Below are positions 60,301 through 64,000 of a stretch of DNA of 64,000 bases, in pieces. The stretch is from Cyanobacteria bacterium J06626_4. Its GTDB lineage: Bacteria; Cyanobacteriota; Cyanobacteriia; Phormidesmidales; Phormidesmidaceae. A program made the translations under genes and the position numbers. The notes below the pieces were generated by a model that saw only the letters and a list, made by a program, of their open reading frames with translations, searched no databases and was not told the origin of the DNA. Where the stretch lies: positions 44,124-108,123 of the forward strand of contig JBCBJQ010000010.1 of NCBI GenBank assembly GCA_038523235.1, in the 5' to 3' direction. The stretch's first letter is position 1. The number at the start of each line of letters is the position of its first letter.

Positions 60301-62172
60301 CTCAATCGAGCTATTTTGCAGGCTTTGCCCGATCTTCTCATACGCATGCGGCGAGATGGTCTATGTCTGGACATGCAGTATCCCAGTGACTTCAACGTGA
60401 TCTGCCCGAAGGAACAACAGATTGGGCGGCGAGTGCAAGACATGCTGCCCGCAGCAATGGCGACCAATCGCTTGCAGATGATCGAACAGGCACTGGTGAC
60501 CGGCAAAACGCAGATCTCTGAGTACGAGTTGTTCGTCGCTGAACAACGGCGTTGGGAGGAAGCGCGCATTGTGCCGATGGCAGACGATCAAGTGTTGGTC
60601 TTAGTGCGTGATATTGATGATCGCAAACGCGCCGAACAAGCGCTGCAGCAAAGTGCCGCCCTCAACCGGGCAATTGTCGCCGCCTTGCCTGACCTACTGG
60701 TGCGCATGACCCGTGACGGCGTTTGTCTCAGCGTTCAACAACCGGCTGATTTTCCCATAGTGTCTGATTCGACTCAGGGCATCGGCTGGCATATTCAGGA
60801 TGTCTTGCCGCCAGTACTGGCTGAGCAACGCCTGACCCAGATTGAGCAAGCTATGCTCACCCAACAAACCCAGGTTTATGAATATCAGATCGAGGTCAGC
60901 GGTCAGCCGCGCTGGGAAGAAGCTCGGGTTGTGCCGCTCACCGATGATGAAGTCTTGGTTTTGGTGCGAGATACCCATGAACGGCGACAGGCCGAAGATG
61001 AAGTGCGTCGCCTTAATGCGATGTTAGAGGGGCAAAATCAACAGCTAGAGGAGCTGGTCGAGCTGCGCACTGCCGAACTACTGACCTTTATGAATGCTCT
61101 GCCTGATCAGATTTTTGTGGTTAACCGTGAACACAATGCGCTGGTCTTTGGTAACCAGGTCGTGATCGACTTTGCCAACAAGCGCAGCCGCCAAGAGTTT
61201 GAAGGCAAAAGCGTTTATGACTGCTTTCCCGCCGCGCAAGCCGCTCGATATGATGCACAAAATCGCCAAGTATTTGAGACCGGGGAAGTCCTTCACATTG
61301 CCGAAGAAGTGATGGAAACCGCAGCTGGAATGGCGTACTTAGACACCTATAAAATTCCGTTGAAGCGAGCTGACGGCGAGACCTATGCCCTGATCGGGAC
61401 GTCTCGTGACGTGACAGAGCTAGTACAGGCCCGTCAGTTGTTAGAAGCCCAGGCGAGACAGCTAGAGACGACTAACCAAGAGCTACAAGCCTTTTCCTAT
61501 TCGGTCTCCCATGACTTAAGGGCTCCTTTACGCCACGTCAATGGGTTTGTGGCGGCCTTGAAACAGCGTTTGGCAGCCACGACAGCAGCCCCCGATGCCA
61601 AAATCAGCCACTACCTAGATGTGATTGAAAACAGCAGTCATAAAATGGGGTTGCTGATCGATGGCCTGCTGACGTTGTCGCGTGTGGGTCGGCGAGAGAT
61701 GACGTTATATCCCGTGCCGTTGGAACCTATCGTGGAGCAGGCGATCGCCCTCATCCAAGACGTATCAGAACATGATCGCGATCGCCTGCAAATTACCATT
61801 GAAGCGTTGCCGATGGTGAACGGCGACGCCACGTTGCTAGAGCAGGTGTTTAGTAATCTGATTGGCAATGCGGTGAAATTTAGCCGCGATCGCACCCCGG
61901 CCGTCATTCAAATTGGCCAGCGCACCGCCGATGGCGCTATTTTTGTGCGCGATAACGGCGTGGGATTCGACATGACCTATGCTGACAAGCTCTTTAGCCC
62001 GTTTCAGCGATTACACAAGTCAGAAGAATTTGAGGGCACCGGGATCGGGCTCGCGATCGTCAATCGAGTCATTCATCGTCACGGCGGCCGCATTTGGGCT
62101 GAGAGCACTGTGGGGCAGGGCACGACCTTTTATTTCACCCTGTCGGCGAAACCAACACCGGCTGATGCATGA
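54319..62172 (+). CDS. Multi-PAS/GAF sensor histidine kinase
   Basis: About 17 PAS/PAC repeats, one GAF, HisKA FSYSVSHDLRAPLRH, HATPase NLIGNAVKF / DNGVGF / GTGIGL; ATG at 54319 preferred. Confidence 0.92.
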   Translation: MMNDRCFEPQTPALLQAINRQGQITAVSDRWLAWLGYQRAEVIGASWQDFLTEASRTQLMNSQPVQQLPTPPLQDLTWQWVARSGAIADVTMATTGCWNEAGELDAYVMGLTDITAALQIQRDLAACRERLEQLVSDHTAELTQATQQLQHEISRREAMENCLYRSDQTYRASFDAAPLGIVHTTLDCQFERANARFCEMLGYSLAEVGSLDVQTITHPEDRGKHASEYAQLLANDSGVTHFTVEKRYRRKDGSTLWANTTVSIVRDEADAPLFAIAIIADITDYKRAQLAQHASERRLQLIAKTVSDVFRIDDARTQRPVYSSPNFEHLWGVSATAIDNGFSALIEQIHRDDRAYFQHQTQRAFASVEPTEFEFRIHRDGTWRWLSQRCFPVLDETGNLYQIVGVTRDITPRKMAELALQQSEERFQLITETIQDHFWINDAETLAVIYSSPNLDPVWHIDPVQQHGIDTLVNQVHPDDRAAFQALIDSSAIRTEPQQREYRILPSDGETRWLQIRTYPRFNDQGQPQQIVGVTTDITEQKQVAAALQQSEERFRLITETIQDGFWIDDVKTQKPLYNSPSIETIYGLSAQALAEDLQPLIDRVHPDDRDRFLESLEQQYQCPEPSELRYRICLPSGEIRWLQGRAFPLINETGEFERVVGITSDITESQLTLEALKQSEERFRLLADNVQDVFWLRDAVTAQVLYISPAFERLCQMPLAAILENPLAFLDRVHPDDVAQLTAKIQASLMDQQPFQAEYRLVLPDGTLRWISDRGTTIFDAAGCPSKIVGIATDITERKRAEASLKQYERIIAHNPDPVCLINADYTYRLVNSTFQAWTGLTVDLTGKHIVEFIGAEFFTMVAKDRFDRALAGEVQYFEEWAFNPNQSAARFISITYTPYYEDDGTISGVINSIRDLTALQQARDRLAQTTERLQLHIQNSPLAVIEWDQDQRIQSWSAQATAMFGWSATAMVGQHVSEVPLFRLERLSDVEAHIEALRQNTTHHQTVLSRNLTREGDEIYCEWFNSALVDGAGQLISILSFVQDVTQRYRTQTALQASEERWQLALQGSNEGIWDWQIATSKVFHSPRWKALLGFEPHELGDTYETWHDRIHLDDQAPVTAAIAAHLQRETPTYSVEYRIRHRSGEYIWMSSRGQAVFDAAGQPVRFVGSSGDISDRKQAELALRSSQQLLQLVFDNMPQRVFWKNLDGQFLGCNQAFAADMGETGPVAIIGKTDQELSALDPACAQAYLEHDLAVLEAGQRLTREEQPLYSDGTFRWVSTTKLPLHTAQNELIGVFGSYEDITERVLARQSLQRYVHMVEAAKDGICLVDTDYRYQIINSTYREWYGDGSLPILGQTITEVLGQDTFEQRLKPLHDRCLRGETIRYADWFNFPDRERCFRSVTMTPYVENNGDITGIVTSIRDLTPFKQSELKQQQLLEDRVQAEIAQRQSEASFRALFEQSAVSMAQIALDGTYLKVNPAFCQLLDCQAADLLSEHYAEFIHPEDRATARSLTDEVASGTVPSHLIAQRFLRADGASRHVQAMVTAVQGHADSPEFLACVYNDVTEQVIAEKAVRNIFEGTASVTGAEFFPALARHLADSLGVDHILINQLTDENTLSTLAFWSSGAPQPTFTYGLSETPCERTLAEGWFYCPEDVQVAFPHDADLTLLNAESYLGIALAGEDGQVFGEICAIHSQPMQDFDNSMALLRIFAARASAELERQRSNQALVATEAKWRSILDNMPVLLDALDSDGIVTLWNQECERVTGYSAKEVVGNPEAFAWLYPDTAYRQEMMNAWKERGNNYRDWEWPLTCKDGGQRIIAWSTLSDLFPIPELGVWCVGVDVTDRRRAEDALRRSESRFQRLATNMPGIIYRYHRQTDGSNHFSYLSAACREILEVEPEQGLQDSDLIWCLTHPADHPRLEAAIANSAQRLMPLAIDYRVVTGTNQLKWLQMIARPVQESNGDCLWDGIIIDITRQKATQAALQESEALNRAILQALPDLLIRMRRDGLCLDMQYPSDFNVICPKEQQIGRRVQDMLPAAMATNRLQMIEQALVTGKTQISEYELFVAEQRRWEEARIVPMADDQVLVLVRDIDDRKRAEQALQQSAALNRAIVAALPDLLVRMTRDGVCLSVQQPADFPIVSDSTQGIGWHIQDVLPPVLAEQRLTQIEQAMLTQQTQVYEYQIEVSGQPRWEEARVVPLTDDEVLVLVRDTHERRQAEDEVRRLNAMLEGQNQQLEELVELRTAELLTFMNALPDQIFVVNREHNALVFGNQVVIDFANKRSRQEFEGKSVYDCFPAAQAARYDAQNRQVFETGEVLHIAEEVMETAAGMAYLDTYKIPLKRADGETYALIGTSRDVTELVQARQLLEAQARQLETTNQELQAFSYSVSHDLRAPLRHVNGFVAALKQRLAATTAAPDAKISHYLDVIENSSHKMGLLIDGLLTLSRVGRREMTLYPVPLEPIVEQAIALIQDVSEHDRDRLQITIEALPMVNGDATLLEQVFSNLIGNAVKFSRDRTPAVIQIGQRTADGAIFVRDNGVGFDMTYADKLFSPFQRLHKSEEFEGTGIGLAIVNRVIHRHGGRIWAESTVGQGTTFYFTLSAKPTPADA

Positions 62173-62351
62173 TCGGCCTTTGTGCCCACACGATCGATGA
62201 CTCCTACCTGCTCGCAGACAAAATGCTGAAAATTACGTCACGCCGATTTTCTAAACCCAGACTGCCAGTTTGATCCCCTGCCCGTAGGCTCACCAGGATG
62301 CCCAGACTGCATAAGAGTCCACTAGCTGAGATGGGGGATGCGGTGACCCGC

Positions 62352-63647
62352 TCAACCAAACTTTTCGTTGGGCAGCGGTTCGAGGTCAAAGAGCGTGTGC
62401 AGTGTTGCCATCGCTTGTTTGCGCGTGTCGATATCGCGCTGAGCCCGTAGTTGCACCATCGGGTCATGGAGAATTTTGTTGACAATGCCGCGCGTCAACG
62501 CTTCAATGACGTCTCGCTGTTTTTTGCTGCCAAACTCTTCACCCAGTCGAGACAAGGCTTTTTCCAGCTCTTGCTCTCGAATCGATTCCACCTTGCTGCG
62601 TAGACTGCTGATGGTGAAAACGGTATCTAGCGATCGCCACCAGTCTATAAAGGCGTCGAGTTCCTCTTCCAGCAGCACTTCTGCCTCCATCGCCATTTGC
62701 CGACGGCTGGCTTGATTCTGCGCAACGACGGCCTTCAAATCATCGACATTAAAAGCCTGGACGTTTTCCAAGGCATTGACATCGGTATGAACGTTGCGGG
62801 GCACTGAAATATCAAACAGCATGAGTGCTTGGCTGGGCACCAAAGCTGCTTCCAACCGCGCTTTATCGAGAATCGGTTCCGTCGCTGATGTACAGGTAAA
62901 GACCACATCTGAGGCACAGACGGTTTCCATCATGAGATCTAGCGTGCCGGTCTGAATGCCAGCGCCGTTAAACTGCGCGGCCAATTCGTCGGCCCGGGTG
63001 ATCGAGCGATTGAGAATCGTAATCTGGCAGGAATCTTTAGACAGCAAATGCTGCACTAGCAGGCGCGCCATCTTGCCCGCTCCCAAAATACTGATGCGAC
63101 ACGTTTCGAGGTCGGGCTTCTTGAGCTTGGCGAGTTCGGCGGCGGCAGAGCTAATCGAGACGGCTCCCGTGCCAATGCTGGTTTCTGTGCGGACGCGCTT
63201 GCCAGTCGTGATGGCCTGCTTCAACAAACGGTTGAGCACTCGACCCACGCCTTTATGCTGTTGGCCCAGTTTGTGAGCATGCTTGACCTGAGCGAGAATT
63301 TGCCCTTCCCCCAACACCAAGCTGTCTAACCCAGCGGCGACGCGAAAGAGATGAATCACGGCATCTTGATGCAGCAAGATAAACAGGTGCTCACGCAGTT
63401 CTGGCAGCGCGACTTTACCATGATCAGACAAAAACTGAATCACCTCTCGCACGCCCTGATCGGCTTGCTCAGTGACGATGTGAATTTCGAGGCGGTTGCA
63501 GGTGCTGAGAATCGAAACTTCGTCAATGTGAGGATAACTGAGGAGCTGAGCGATCGCCTCGGCAGTCTGCGGCGTAGGGATACTTAGTTTTTCTCTGACT
63601 TCTACCGGCGCAGTTTTGTGACTCAGGCCCACAACAGCAATGTTCAT
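62352..63647 (-). CDS. hemA: Glutamyl-tRNA reductase
   Basis: [58 protein letters not shown]. Confidence 0.96.
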   Translation of the reverse strand: MNIAVVGLSHKTAPVEVREKLSIPTPQTAEAIAQLLSYPHIDEVSILSTCNRLEIHIVTEQADQGVREVIQFLSDHGKVALPELREHLFILLHQDAVIHLFRVAAGLDSLVLGEGQILAQVKHAHKLGQQHKGVGRVLNRLLKQAITTGKRVRTETSIGTGAVSISSAAAELAKLKKPDLETCRISILGAGKMARLLVQHLLSKDSCQITILNRSITRADELAAQFNGAGIQTGTLDLMMETVCASDVVFTCTSATEPILDKARLEAALVPSQALMLFDISVPRNVHTDVNALENVQAFNVDDLKAVVAQNQASRRQMAMEAEVLLEEELDAFIDWWRSLDTVFTISSLRSKVESIREQELEKALSRLGEEFGSKKQRDVIEALTRGIVNKILHDPMVQLRAQRDIDTRKQAMATLHTLFDLEPLPNEKFG

Positions 63648-64000
63648 GCGTCCTCCCAACGAAATATTTTTAAATCTGCCTAGATTGAAATTGTGCTTTT
63701 ATCCGCAAACGTAAGGCGCAAAAGCGATTGACTTAATTAACAGCATTTCTGAAAGTAAAGAACAACGGTAGGCCGGCTCAAGGAAACTCAACAAAAATCC
63801 ATCAAAGTCTAAATTTGACTCGATGCCAGCCTGCCAGGGCTCAGGGAACACTAAAACGTCAGAGACACGGGAAGTATCTCTGACGAAGTTAGCTAGCGCA
63901 ATCATTCAGTTTAGAAGCTATTAACGTGATGTGCAATTAAGCGATTTCCAATTCAAGCTTTAATCAGATCCTCAAATCTCAGATAGGGCCTGCCTTTGAG

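Larger units (their letters stand above)
842..63560. repeat. Dispersed HIP1 octamer GCGATCGC
   Basis: Very frequent in core genes (e.g. 842-849, 15051-15058, 17404-17411, 42481-42488); not seen in the AT-rich islets at 1-480, ~15920-17300 and ~50040-51580. Confidence 0.95.

Overview
This is a cyanobacterial chromosomal segment. The HIP1 octamer GCGATCGC is very abundant, and btpA, sipA, a Tic22-like gene and the tmRNA tag ANNIVPFARKAAPVAA are present; a filamentous Leptolyngbya-like lineage is my inference. Most of it is core genome: argD, NADH-GOGAT gltB-gltD, malQ, rimO, btpA, recR, argJ, murF, rplU-rpmA, an Lhr-type helicase, hemA, tRNA-Pro(TGG) and ssrA. It also holds a CHAT protease, a GH15/phosphorylase-kinase-like protein, a PEP-CTERM VIT/VWA protein and a kinase with about 17 PAS domains. 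The most striking unexplained structure lies just after gltD. The last 36 bp of gltD recur twice more (15872-15907, 16591-16626), and each copy begins at the GATC core of the HIP1 site inside gltD. The copies separate small accessory cassettes (Uma2; a membrane protein plus a broken BrnA-like antitoxin; a lipoprotein plus a HEPN fragment), and no integrase is present in the window. This suggests serial gene capture at a housekeeping-gene 3' end. Other points: a probable ATT start for recR, a decayed gltS, an AT-rich sulfotransferase-like islet behind ssrA, several MITE/REP-like intergenic elements, and degenerate GGDEF and PLD domain fusions. No CRISPR array, rRNA, intact transposase or prophage was seen. 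All calls come from motif recognition by eye; no database searches were run.
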